From: Penicillus capitatus
Taxonomy: Eukaryota > Plantae > Chlorophyta
DNA: 64,000 nucleotides
Assembly: GCA_965649825.1 (NCBI GenBank)
Contig: OZ287698.1
Span: forward strand, 139,949 to 203,948
Direction: 5' to 3'
A program made the position numbers and the translations under genes. Of this stretch, positions 33,115 to 45,051 are shown piece after piece. The first letter of the stretch is position 1. Every line of letters begins with the position of its first letter. Under the pieces are notes generated by a model, which did not search any database, was not told the DNA's origin, and was given only the letters and a program-made list of their open reading frames with translations.

Positions 33115-33726
33115 CTCATCGGTCTCGATCCGGTGGATCACCCTTGTCATGTCCGATGCATTCTGTTCCCGATGTCGTTCGCTCGTGCACAACAGGCAGA
33201 GGAATGTCTGAGAGAGATGTCGGACATCTGGGAGAAAACGGAGAAGCAGATGACGGCCATGGCATCCGACGTCTCGCGACAGCTCGAGCGCGTTCGGGAG
33301 AAGGAAGAGAAAATGCAGCAAATGCACAGAAGGTCCTCGTCTTTCTTCCCATGCCGAGAAGAGCAAAAGAATCGAGGAGATCCAAGTGCGAATGAGCTTT
33401 CTTTGTACACCGTCTCTGCGAATGCAATGCAATGCAGACCTGCATCGCCGAGACAGAGATCGAAAAGGGCAATGCCGAAGGGCAGTTGAAAGAGATCGAG
33501 ACGGAGCTCCAGCAGATCGCAAAGCGTGTCGAGGAGAAGAGCAGCAGGTGCGGATCCGGTGCTCATCTGCGAGTGCGTTGCATTCTTGTGTCCTAGCTTG
33601 GGCGATGCCTCTTCCGTTGTCCAACTGAAGGACGCGATTGACCACCTCAAGCACGACCTGTCTGAGATGCACGTCTCGATCGCCCTGATGTCGCAGACGT
33701 TGTACAAGTGTTCTTCCAACGGTTAG
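33115..33726 (+). pseudogene. IFT57: IFT57 3' fragment
   Basis: Homologous to ~12655-13248 with intron retained and frame disruptions. Confidence 0.85.
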
Positions 33727-34379
33727 CTCGTTCAGGAGCCTTTTCGCTATGCTCTCTTGTTGAAGTGTTTTCTTTGAATTTGTGAGGCTTCAATGGTCTG
33801 CTTTCAATCTCCTCCTGTCCTTTGGACGGATTCAACATAGTTGTTGTCTGTCAAGTGCAACTAGAAAACAATACAAAGACTGCAACTGATTCCGGCAGTT
33901 CTTCCTCCGGTTCCTTAAACTGTTAATGCTAGGTAATGTGACTGAAACCAAGGATTCTCACAAAACAGCGGTTTTGATCAGATTGAATAGCGTTCTCTTT
34001 CGTGCAGCTGCGCCAAAACGCGTCTTCGGTTTAGAAAAGATGCCTTCTCTTGGCGATCCATCTCTTATGGAGTCTGATCCGGACATCGCCTACGGCACCT
34101 CGATGCTCTTATCATATGCCCGTACTCCCGGTGTATGTCAAAAGCAGCTCTGCTTGTGGAAGGGTTTCTTGCCTTGCGCTTTCGCTCGTCTCTACGATAG
34201 CCCCAGCGGAGAGTCTAAGAGATCGACGTTTTCGGATGCATTCTGTTAAACGTTGCTTACGAAGACGCAGTAAAGTTCTTAAAAGAAAGTTCGTGCGCAG
34301 AAGTTACAAATCTAATCGAATCTCTTTTTACTTATACGCATGATGTGATGTTACCACCGTGCTGAGCACGGGACGATAT

Positions 34380-37310
34380 TCAGAAATGATCTTCATTACT
34401 TGCCTTCATCATCCCATCTCGACACGCTTCCAGCTGCGCTGTGGTCTGACGCGGGATGTGTCTTAGTTGATCGTCATGCACTCTTGAAACGGTTCCAAAT
34501 AGGAGTCCCTCTACCAGCCACATGTGATTGCCAATGGCATCTACCACTACACATGGTTCTTCATCCCATGGTGGGGTTAATGTAGCTGTATCTGATCTAG
34601 ATCTTGGCCTTAACACATGATCACCAATCCTGATGATTTTACGGTTTCTATATTTTCTCCTTCGTGTCTCATTCGACTGCCACTGTTGTTTCTTTGTCCT
34701 TTCTTGTGCTTCGGAAATCCATTGTTCTTGTACACTTCGAGAAACTCTCTTTCCGTCTCTTGACAATCCCATCTTAAGCTCTGCGGCGCTGTGTAATGTT
34801 GTCTCGTTCACTGAATTATTTATGACTCTGACAGCTCTCGATAGAATCTTCGACCAGTCCTCAGGCGTCTCACACATTCTTTTTAATCTTCCCTTCAGTA
34901 CTCCGATCTGTCTCTCACACATACCATTTGATTTTGGCATGTAGCTTGCCGTCAGCCGTTGCTTCACTCCATTCTCCTCACACCATTTCTTTACGCTCTT
35001 GGAATTCCATGTCTGTGCGTTGTCAGAAACAAGCATTTCGATTCTACCGTTTCTTTGTTTCCATTTATTCAACGCCTTTATGGCCGCTTCACTGCTAGGG
35101 CTCTCACAGGACCATGCCTCGATCCACCGAGAAAGGTAATCTACCATGAGCACGATGAATCTCGGTCCTTCCAAATCCCCTCTCGGTAGGGGTCCGGCGA
35201 AATCTATTCCGACAGCCTCCCCGACTTTGGATACTGGTGTCGCCCCCAAACTTGTTCTATGTTGCGGAGGCCCCCACATTTGACATTTCCGACAATTCTC
35301 GACAAAATTACGAACTTCACTCTCCATGCCTTTCCAACAAGGTCCACCATCCCTCTTCAGGTTCAAGATCGTTTTCCTCGTTCCCCAATGACCTTCGTGT
35401 GCTTTTGAAATTCTCCTTAAACGTTCATTGTATTGATCTCCTCCCCTTATTGCATTCAGATCAACTTCCTTCCGTTGCGCTAACGTCGGCCATCGTGATA
35501 GACAATCGGCTAGAAAGTTGTCCGAAGAGGGTAAGAAATGTAAAAACAAACGAGTATCAAGCGGAAAATTCTCCCACAACCAACCAAGGCGTCTGCCAAT
35601 TCTGAGGTCAGTGCGCGATTTGTGCCAAACATCGTGAGCTCGTAGCCTTTGTAGGGCACTCAAAGAGTCCGTATAAACATGAACCGGACAGCCAACAGTA
35701 AGTGGGAGCGTATCTTGCAAACACCAGACGATCGCATCTAATTCCCCTAAAAAAGAGCTAACTGGGAAACCACGTATAGCACGAGAATTGGTTGCAATAA
35801 TACGACGTTCCGATCTATGGCCGGCATAAAGGAGATATCCAGCCCCAGCTCCCGACCAATCGACTTCAATGTGAAAAACAGGTGACGCCACACAACGCAG
35901 AAAAGATAACGAGTTCCTCAGTAAGTGAGCGGCAACAGCCCGAACTTGGTTTTGCACTGAAGGCCAATCAATCTTCCGGACCGAATTTTGTAAAAACGAG
36001 TAAAGGGGCGCTATTGCCAGACCCAAACCAGGACAAGTACCTCGACAAGCAGTAAAAATTCCAAGAATGCGTTGCAAATCCTTCTTTGAACGAACCAGGG
36101 GCAACTGACTTAGTTGTTTAGAGATGTAGTTACGTTGATGAAATGCATCACCGGAAAGCGAAAACCCCAAAAAACTGACCGTGGGTCTGCAGAATTGTAC
36201 CTTTTTGGGGTTCACATGCATTCCTGCCGACTGAAGTGCCGCCAAAACTGCCTCCAAGTTACGATCGTGCGACTTACGATCGTGACCACCAACAATGATA
36301 TCATCAAAATAAGCCGTGGCCGGAAGGTGGCCTAAAATGCGGCGTACCCTATCATTGAAAAAACCGACGCTCGATGCCCAACCTTGAGGGAGTGTCACAA
36401 AGCGGTAACGGCGACCAAAACAAGAGAAACAAAACAGACGACTCAAAGAAGCGTCAACGGGTATATGAAAATACCCGTCACGGAGATCCAAGACAGTAAA
36501 CATACGCCAGGAAGGGTCCACCGCTCTGACCGCATTTCGGGTGTCCGGCGTATAAGAGTTCCACACTTCAGAATATTTGTTGAGCTTCTGAAAATTCACC
36601 ACGACTCGTACTCGACCATCCGGTTTGCGTAGAAAAACCACAGGAGAAAAATAACCTCTGTCAAAACGAGGCACTTCTTGAATAATTCCACGAGAAAGTA
36701 AGGACCTTATTTCCGCTTGTGCCGCATCTAAAGGGCAGTCCGTAAAACAGGGCGGAGAGCCGAAATCAGAAAAAGGTATAGGAGACTTCCAAACCAAATC
36801 ATCAGCTCGGACCACGAGAGCCTTGAGCGTGGACGAGGTAGCATAAGCGGTTATATTATCAGCAAACAAAAACGGAAAACGAGATTGCCAATCAGAAAGG
36901 GAGAGTTGTTCCGATCCCGAACAATCATCTGGGCGCTCAGATGAGTTTGGGTGGGTGTTACCAACGTGTGTTACTAATTGGGGGTCGTTCAAAATCCTTC
37001 CAGATCCAGAAAAATTCCCACGGACAACTTTAAGTTTCGGCGATAAAGTGGTAAGACGATCAGAGAAATTGTGCAATCGAACCGACACCCGACCGTTTTT
37101 TCCAAGAATGGGAGTGGCCGATACTTCTCGAAGAAAACAACAAGAAAAGAGACCCGTCAAACCTTCCCCATGCACACTCACGGGTAACACTACTAAACTG
37201 CTTTCAAAAGGAGCGAGAAAAACCGTCTTCCCTAATTTGAGAACAAAAGATGCTTTTGAAATACTTGGTTCCGACCCAGATATGAGTTTCCTGTCAACCC
37301 GTAGCGTCAC
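34380..37310 (-). CDS. pol: Gypsy A pol (RT, RNase H, integrase), intact
   Basis: LDLRDGYFHI, YFDD, VYTDS, H-H-C-C zinc domain, GIDF/SDN/ER catalytic motifs; runs into the 3' LTR. Confidence 0.95.
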   Translation of the reverse strand: MTLRVDRKLISGSEPSISKASFVLKLGKTVFLAPFESSLVVLPVSVHGEGLTGLFSCCFLREVSATPILGKNGRVSVRLHNFSDRLTTLSPKLKVVRGNFSGSGRILNDPQLVTHVGNTHPNSSERPDDCSGSEQLSLSDWQSRFPFLFADNITAYATSSTLKALVVRADDLVWKSPIPFSDFGSPPCFTDCPLDAAQAEIRSLLSRGIIQEVPRFDRGYFSPVVFLRKPDGRVRVVVNFQKLNKYSEVWNSYTPDTRNAVRAVDPSWRMFTVLDLRDGYFHIPVDASLSRLFCFSCFGRRYRFVTLPQGWASSVGFFNDRVRRILGHLPATAYFDDIIVGGHDRKSHDRNLEAVLAALQSAGMHVNPKKVQFCRPTVSFLGFSLSGDAFHQRNYISKQLSQLPLVRSKKDLQRILGIFTACRGTCPGLGLAIAPLYSFLQNSVRKIDWPSVQNQVRAVAAHLLRNSLSFLRCVASPVFHIEVDWSGAGAGYLLYAGHRSERRIIATNSRAIRGFPVSSFLGELDAIVWCLQDTLPLTVGCPVHVYTDSLSALQRLRAHDVWHKSRTDLRIGRRLGWLWENFPLDTRLFLHFLPSSDNFLADCLSRWPTLAQRKEVDLNAIRGGDQYNERLRRISKAHEGHWGTRKTILNLKRDGGPCWKGMESEVRNFVENCRKCQMWGPPQHRTSLGATPVSKVGEAVGIDFAGPLPRGDLEGPRFIVLMVDYLSRWIEAWSCESPSSEAAIKALNKWKQRNGRIEMLVSDNAQTWNSKSVKKWCEENGVKQRLTASYMPKSNGMCERQIGVLKGRLKRMCETPEDWSKILSRAVRVINNSVNETTLHSAAELKMGLSRDGKRVSRSVQEQWISEAQERTKKQQWQSNETRRRKYRNRKIIRIGDHVLRPRSRSDTATLTPPWDEEPCVVVDAIGNHMWLVEGLLFGTVSRVHDDQLRHIPRQTTAQLEACRDGMMKASNEDHF

Positions 37311-37339
37311 GCCAGGCGAAGCGCCTTGACCTGGCGAAG

Positions 37340-38872
37340 CTAGTTTGACGAGACGGAGTGGCAGAAGACCACGTGTCCATCTCCTCCAACCAAACAGTCA
37401 TGAGAGCAATCCACGGAGATTCCAAAAGTTTTCAAAGCAGAGTATCCCAGAATGACCTTATTTGTGGCATCGGTCACATAAAATGGAATAGCTTGATTCC
37501 ACCCCCCAATACGAATAGGCAAAACTACTTCACCCGTCACTTGGCTAGTCGAATTGTTGAAACCACGAAGGTGTGTATTTTCCACTCTTTTCACCTTTAT
37601 CCCCCATCGTTGACAATACGTGAGCGGGAGAAGAGACACTTCTGCTCCTGTGTCGACCAAGGCGCTTTCCTTTTCTGGCCGATTGGCAAGGTATGTCACC
37701 ACTTTTAGTGATGCCTTTCCCTTCTGTGGACGACTCGAGGACGATTGATCTACGCGGGGGTAGTCAATGTACTTGACCTGTCCTCCATTCTTGCCCTTGC
37801 CTTCTTCCTTACGAGGCGACGGTTTCTTTCCTTGACTAACGCTCAGCGACAATACCGACCCTCCTTCTTCCCTCTCATCTTCCTCTTCCAAAGATGCGAG
37901 TGGTGCAAATTGGTTTTGGGTGTGCACAGGTTGGGCCTCTCGAATTTGGTGTGAGCGCTGCCTACAGAATCTGGCAGAATGACCATACTCACCGCACTGG
38001 TAGCAGTTCCCTTGGAATTGTCTATTCCCGGCCGGTCTTCTTGGCCCGGTTCTCCTTGGTCCACGGTTGTTCGAATATTGTCCTTGCGGACCTCTCTGTC
38101 GCCATTGACCCAAGATGTCTTCAGCGATCCCCGCAAAACGAGGATTCCTTGTGAGCTCACTTCTCATCGCATCGCAAAGCTCTCTTAGAGACAAACCTCC
38201 TTTTCCAAAGTTGTCGACCTTATGCACTGCGCATCCAATACCGTCGCACATGTCTACCATGTCAACGTCCATCGCGTCTCTGTCCACCTCAGCCGCAGAC
38301 GATGATCCAGTCCAAAATGTAACGTTTCTGATCATTAAGATCATTTCGTTCATCGTCGTTGTCGTCGGCAAACTTGACACCGCTCTCTTTAGGTGACCAG
38401 GCAGCTTTCCATAGAGAATCTTGACTTGCATCTCTCTTGCCAATCCCGACTGAGCCGCTAACACGCCAAACCTTTCCGCGAATTGAAGCCATGTCTCTGA
38501 TTTTTTCTTAGCCGCTCCTGCGAGACGCTCCCCAGAAGTCGTTCCAGCGTTCGAACACATGCCCAACAGAGTCCTCTTGAAAACGTGCCACTTGTCGTCG
38601 TCACTGACTACCATTTTGTTCGCAGGAAAACAGTTGGAGATAGCTGCTGCTCTCCCCACAAACGCCGCATTAAAGGCGTCTTTGTCTGCAAAATGGGGCT
38701 CGGTTCGTTCGGTAACCTGACGCATAAGCTCGAAAAGGGGGGAGCCCACTTCGACTTTTTCCATCAGTTTTCCGACCCTCGTCCGATAGCCGTCGGCGAC
38801 CATAGACGCCGCGTTTATCGCCGTCTTAACTTCATGTCGCTCGGTTGTCAAAAACTTGTGCTCCGAAACCAT
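37340..38872 (-). CDS. gag: Gypsy A gag-protease ORF
   Basis: CYQCGEYGHSARFC knuckle and ALVDTGAEVS aspartic protease motif. Confidence 0.92.
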   Translation of the reverse strand: MVSEHKFLTTERHEVKTAINAASMVADGYRTRVGKLMEKVEVGSPLFELMRQVTERTEPHFADKDAFNAAFVGRAAAISNCFPANKMVVSDDDKWHVFKRTLLGMCSNAGTTSGERLAGAAKKKSETWLQFAERFGVLAAQSGLAREMQVKILYGKLPGHLKRAVSSLPTTTTMNEMILMIRNVTFWTGSSSAAEVDRDAMDVDMVDMCDGIGCAVHKVDNFGKGGLSLRELCDAMRSELTRNPRFAGIAEDILGQWRQRGPQGQYSNNRGPRRTGPRRPAGNRQFQGNCYQCGEYGHSARFCRQRSHQIREAQPVHTQNQFAPLASLEEEDEREEGGSVLSLSVSQGKKPSPRKEEGKGKNGGQVKYIDYPRVDQSSSSRPQKGKASLKVVTYLANRPEKESALVDTGAEVSLLPLTYCQRWGIKVKRVENTHLRGFNNSTSQVTGEVVLPIRIGGWNQAIPFYVTDATNKVILGYSALKTFGISVDCSHDCLVGGDGHVVFCHSVSSN

Positions 38873-40531
38873 GTTAAACGTTGCTTCAGAAGACGCAGTA
38901 AAGTTCTTAAAAGAAAGTTCGTGCGCAGAAGTTACAAATCTAATCGAATCTCTTTTTACTTATACGCATGATGTGATGTTATCACCGTGCTGAGCACGGG
39001 ACGATATTCAGAAATGATCTTCATTACTTGCCTTCATCATCCCATCTCGACACATTCTCGAGTTAGCGCAATGCGCATCGCAGCGGTCAACGCGAACGCG
39101 GCGTCAAAGTAGAGACGATCCGGATGGGAGATCTCATTGTTTTTGTTTTTCTGCTCAACGATCATATCAACAATTTGACACAGTTGGTTTTTGGATTCCG
39201 CACACGTTCAGACTGCTGTGATGACAGCAGATCTGAAACAACATCTGTTTTCGCAAATAATAACACCAAGTGCATTCGACAGTACCGGTCCACAGCTGCA
39301 GCAGTCCGAAAGACCGCAGGGAGAAACTGACAGGACGTCGCTTGATTCAAACAAAGTCCGTCATCAAATTACCGAAAAGAAAAGAAAAAACTGCAGTCTC
39401 AGCAGATAGCTCATCGCAACGAAGCGATCGAGCTTCATAGAGAGATGATCAATCTCTAATAGAAAGTGAATTTCCTGGCCAACGATTGTTCTGCCAGATG
39501 ACCCACCGTAAGAAAACAACCCCCGGAGTGCATGCATCACGTCAGCACTCCGACTGCCCCCTGTACAAGAGATCGGATGCCATGTCTCTGGCAAATGAAT
39601 GAGCAATGTGCAACAATGCAGCCTTGAAACGGCCATATCTCGCCGCCATAGTGGACAGAGCTCTTGTCCGTCGACGATGAATCAACAGAGCTCTCAAGTG
39701 TTTTCTCTCCAACTCAGTGGATCTAAGAAGTCGAATGCAGACGCTTGGACGTCGGTGATGACGATGGGCTTACACGACTGCCTCATCCGTTGCGAGGTAA
39801 GTTGCTAAATTAGGAAAGACGCGTGCACCTTCTGCTTGTGGATTTCCCTCGAAAGGCGTGGCCAAGCACGCAGCCAAGTCCAGTTCGTCCTCCGTCAGGT
39901 CGGTGTTCGAAGGCGTCGTCAATCCTGGAGCGTCGCTAAGCACATGCGCCCTCCATCAGTGGCCGACTCTTGATGCCGAAAGAGGCGCACTAGGAAGGCG
40001 GTGATCCAAATTCTGCGAAGCAAAAGGCTGCGGCAACGTTGACGGAACTGGTCTCCGACTCAAGCATCACCTCGTTCTCGATATCGCGCGTCACACCGTC
40101 TAGCTGATGCACGACGTTGTCGAAATCGGCGACGAAGTTGAGCAACGCAGCTCGTGTCTTGACAGAGAAACCATCACGTCGTGGCAGACAAGGCGCATGG
40201 ACGCAGAACTACAAACGGCAACGGCACCTTTGACAACGGAACGATGCGGAGAACGGCTCACTTTTGGTGAACGTTGTCCAAAGTCCGAGATTCGCCTCGG
40301 CACTTTACGCGGTGAGAGGGAGCTCGATGTCAGCTGCGGAGAGATCTGCACTTCACGCATCGCTTTTCCGCTGGGCGAACTGGACGAAAAGAAATCGACA
40401 AGTCTGACACTGGGCGAGTTTTTTTGGGAAAGTTGCTAAAGGCGTTTCACGTAGATACAGAGCTGTCTGTCATTATCCGACCAATTTACAACTGTGCCAT
40501 GACGCAGTGACGTAACGTCACATCACGTTGC

Positions 40532-43300
40532 CTATGTTTCGCAGTCTTCTCCTTCTGGAAAGATATCTGCGAAGCAGTCCGCTTCAATTGGCTCAGCCCA
40601 TGCGCTCAATACAGTCGCGAGTTTCAGAGTCGGCATCAAATCGATCTTTCCACTCAATCCGCACGAGAACTTTAATATCTCATCAAAATCCATTTCCTCT
40701 GAAACAGCACCGTCTCGATGAGGACGCGAAATTAGAGAGGCAGGGAGGGGACCTTGCATAATGGTGTTCCGATGTGTGACGAGAATCGCAATACAGACAT
40801 AGAGGTGAAAGTATGGAGTGCGTTGTCCGCTAAAAAATGCTTCCCACAATCTAAGCACCTATGCAACACACAGGTGAGGGAATCTTTCCGGCAATGCTGA
40901 CGCACTTCTTCAAAGTCAAATTCTCTTTTGAACAGAATGAGCACCCATCGAAAGCAAAAAAAGAAATTCAGGCAGTCCTTCTGCTTGAAATGGGCGTAGA
41001 GCTGAGGATCGAGCAACTGGAGCAATTTCTCCAAAGCCAACAGCTGAGAGTGCATGCCGCGTTGATCTGTATGGAAGTTCGCTTCCACTCTGTCCATCAT
41101 TCCCGCAAAGCACCAGAAAGCCTCCGCTTCTGCCCTCTTCCACCTCTCTGTATCTTTCAGAGGAATGCCTCTGGAGATAACATAGAGAATGGGTGCCGCT
41201 AGATCGGACATCCCCTGGCAGTAGCTCAGATCGAAGTTGTACATGACGTAGCTGCACAGAATGCGCTTCAATGCCATGAGTGGCTCTCCGTATTCGTGGC
41301 GAAAGAAGTGCTCCGTGCGATCCGTCCGACGGACATCCTTCTCGATCTTGGACTTTCGATCTCTCCACTTGGCAAAGCGCCTCTCCTGAGAGAAATCTCT
41401 CCCGAAGACGGCACGGTGTGCGTCACTGGAGGTACTTGATCTGGCAGAATGGACTCCCATTGATACCGAAGGGCCTCATACTGACGCTGTTTCTGCTGAG
41501 AAACGTTCTCACACTTTTTCTTGGTCCACTCGACCTTCCACAGTCCGAAGAGATATTTCCACGCCTTGCAGACAGCAGTGAGAGGAATAGAACAGCGAGA
41601 TGTCGTATCTCACTTGCTGACGCGCTTCCGGAGTGAGTCCACCGAAGAACACGCGTTCTCTGAATCGCTTCTCAGCCACCATCACCCCGTCCGCATTAAA
41701 GAATCCTGTAAACTCCCTCCGGGAGACCTCTTTTCCCCAGTTCTCCTGGCGCTTCAGATGATCAAAACGATCAGTAGGTCGAGAGTCCAAGATATTCAGC
41801 AACTCGAATGTCCCCACCTCAGTCGACAACGAAGCCTCCGCCTCCGATTCCCCCTCTGCACGGGCAAAACACGTGCTCCCTCTTTGAGAGGCAAGGAACC
41901 GGACTTGGATCTTCGTTCTGTCCCATCACAGGGATGCTGACGGTAGAGGAGCCGGCAGAGAATGTCCTGTTTCCGCATCCTTCCTCCTCCAGTGTCGTCT
42001 CGGAGATATCATCTTTGTTATGGAAGATCATGCTTGTGGTGTCCATTGCCATGCGTTTCAGCTTTGAGATCGTTCCCGAGAACAGTCTCTGATCAAACAT
42101 GCCATTCTCTGTGCCCAATCCTCCCAATACCAAGTCATCGAGATCCATGCTGTGTAAGCTCCTTCTGAGGGGATCTGGAGATTCGTTCACGATGTATGTA
42201 TTGGGATCATTGACTGCCTTCACAAGATTGGCATGCTGTTTCAGCGTCGTCATGAGACTGCGGACACCACCTGCCAACCATAACGCGCAGCACCTTGCTT
42301 TGATGTACGGTGCGACGGCGGGAGTGACCATTATTGAAGTACAGTGGAGGGAAAGTGCAACCAGACACCATGACGATGATGACATAGTGCCATCCGAGTG
42401 TTGGCGTGTGTCGGGTGATGGCTCGAATCTCCGTGAGCGAGATCGGAGGAATCTTGTACGAAATTTCTGCCGCCCCTGTTCCATGCGGCGTCCATGCAAT
42501 AAAAAGAACACTATGTTGCTTGACAACAATCAGCCTACACACCCCTCGGCATCAGATTTGTTGGATCTACGTGATCTGAGTGCGCCCTTTACCGTCCGAT
42601 GAGTTTTGTGCCCTTCTGTGGAAACATGGCAACATGATCCTTGCAGTACAGGATGTCAGTGAACGAAGGCATCGGACTCTCCACATGATCAAATCCCTCA
42701 TCCGTGTCCGTACTCGACGTCTAGAACGACAGGAATGGTTTCATGGCTGGCGATGTGGCGCATGACTTCAGATTCTGTGATTTCGGGATCGGAGAGGATA
42801 GCAGGATCGGTGGCATCTTCATGAAAGGAGGGGTGTTTGCGTATCGAACACCGTTCTTGCAGTAGAGCTTCGTCTATACTGTTCGGTATACTCAGTCGCG
42901 ATGATAGGGATCGTCTTAGTGTGAGTTCGTGAAAGACACGGTCTTCCAAGTCCTCTTTCTGATCCCTTGGACCTGTGGAGAAGAGAGAAATTCCAGGAGG
43001 ACTCATGTCTCTCAATTCTATATTCTCTGATTTCTTCATCACGGGTGCCTGTCACATCACACAGTTATCGACGGCGAGAAGAGATGGGGATTTACAAGTT
43101 CGACAGCTTCGGGGTCGGGTGAGGGTGTAGACGGTGTCCGCTCGGCGTCACCTAAGAGAACGGGAAGTGTCGCGATGAAGGGCTTTGCTTCAGGACTTGT
43201 CGATTTGTCAGGAGTGACCCGATGGCGAAATAGATTCACGTAGGCCGACATCGAAGTATCAGACAAGTTAATGCGTCGATGTTGTGCTGCGTTGTTCACG
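40532..43300 (-). CDS. TBC1D15: Rab GTPase-activating protein TBC1D15/17 (Gyp7-like), multi-exon (start approximate)
   Basis: RHTPTLGWHY...FPPLYF, IEKDVRRTDR, YCQGMSDL, FCFRWVLILFKREF, LRLWE motifs. Confidence 0.9.
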
Positions 43301-43644
43301 TCTCACGGCTGATGTGACGTCGACCAGTGACGAGTCGAAGCGATCGGCAGTGCAGAGAGATGCCGCCTTGACCTCTGGTGGTCCAGAGCGCAGGCTTCAA
43401 ACCTGTGGGGCCTGAGAAGGTCAGTGGTTCGATTCCATCTGGACGGCGATTTTATCGACCACCTCACATCGATCCACGGATAGGGACATTTCGAACAAGG
43501 AGCTGTCATCTATCTCGCATTCCTATACCTACATCGTTCCCTTGTGCTTTGTGAGAGGTCAGGGGGTTGAGGGGAGACGATTTGACATCGATTTCGATCC
43601 GTTCACGAGGACAGTGGCGTTCACGGTTCATCATTGTCTGGTGC

Positions 43645-44571
43645 ATGATGCGAGACGTTTGTGCACTTCCGTCCGGTATTGTTTTGGGACGATGGTGCGC
43701 GTCGCCACGTGTCGCCGATCGCTGTGTTCGGCATCTGCCTGCGGCCAAGAGGACAATGCGTTCTTGTGGACCGTCGACACGTCTGTCCGAAGGAGATTCC
43801 GTCGAGGCCGTCGTGGATCCGCCGATTGGCGACGTCTGGAATCGAAGAGAAGTCGGATTTCGCGCATTCGTTGCTCTGTGCCTTGGAAATGGCGTATGTC
43901 CTCCTCTGTCCGACGCCCTTGGGTAGACCCATCTGGTTGATAACGGCAGGAGAATATGGATCCCGTGGACTGTGCTCTGCAGATTCAAAAAGGAAATGAC
44001 GACGAGGCGACGAAAAATCGACCCATCTCTCTACACCCCACTCGGTAGATTTAACGCCTATGCTCGGACAGCTGTATCTCAATGGCGTTGCTGCTGCAGA
44101 GAATGGACTAAAGATCTATGACATCGAGGAAGGCAAGGGTCGACAGGTGGAGAAGGGAACACGACTGCAGGTGCTTTGTGCCTATCGTTGCTAAGGGTTA
44201 ACAGATTGGATGCGTATGGATAGGTGCACTACGACTGCCTGTTTCGTGGATTGAACGTGGCCTCTTCCCGATCTGCCCGTTTGCTCGGCGGCAACCGTGT
44301 GATCGCTGAGCCTCTTGATTTTGTGGCAGGCGAGTCTGTCAACGTCTCCGCTATTCCAGTCGACGATCGTGGCGGCGGCGGGCTCTTTTCTGGTGCCTCT
44401 GGACCCAAACCGCCCCCTGCCCTCTCCACAGCCGTCTATGGTATGCGAAAGGGTGGAAAGCGATCCGTCCTGGTCCCTCCAGAATTGGGCTACGGCAGCA
44501 AAGGACTCCAAGAGATTCCGCCAGACACCCCTTTTGAATTGCAGATCGAAATATTGCAGATCTTGGATTGA
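43645..44571 (+). CDS. FKBP18: Thylakoid-lumen FKBP-type PPIase, FKBP18-like (start approximate)
   Basis: VHYDC..R...SR..RLLGGNRVIAEP, GLFS...PKPPPA, GGKRSVLVPPELGYG...EIPP motifs. Confidence 0.85.
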
Positions 44572-45051
44572 CATGTGATGTAATAGAGGAAGACGTGTTC
44601 ATAAGATTTGGGTGGTGGCGACGGGCCTGCTCGTTCCACTTGAGTGTCAACGGCGCACGATCCACTCACCGACGCCAGTTGCCGGTATTCGTTGCTCGGT
44701 TTCCCGCCTCACGCGTTCCCCGACGAATTACCGAGTCAGCCTCCACAGCCTCCGCTGCGTCGTCAGACTCGCCTGACGCCTTGAGATGGGCACGCCGGCG
44801 CGGCACGCAGGCGGCGAGGAAACCACGACACCACTCCCCAAACCAAGCCCTCGCATGAGTGACAGCCGGACGCTACTCCGGTCGGCACTTACAATGCTTT
44901 CCATCACTATGACCCCCATTCAAAACGCACTCCGCCGTCGGAAACGGTAGGCCAATGACGGCGACAGATGTTAAAATGAACGCATCCGATAACCCAGAGA
45001 TCGCCTCTTAACAGCAGAGATGCTTACATACATATGATCCACTATCCAGTA

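Larger units (their letters stand above)
34244..39052 (-). mobile_element. Full-length Ty3/Gypsy LTR retrotransposon, copy A
   Basis: 181-bp LTRs at 34244-34424 and 38872-39052, TSD CATTC, PBS TGGTTTCGGAGC, domain order gag-PR / RT-RH-IN. Confidence 0.97.
34111..40360 (-). pseudogene. Probable multi-exon host gene of unknown function, last exon split by Gypsy A (ends approximate)
   Basis: Excising A plus one CATTC gives a continuous frame ...DRLYFDAAFALTAAMRIALTRECIRKRRSLRL...TGI*; upstream exon-like frames and ~50-nt GT-AG gaps to ~40360. Confidence 0.5.
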
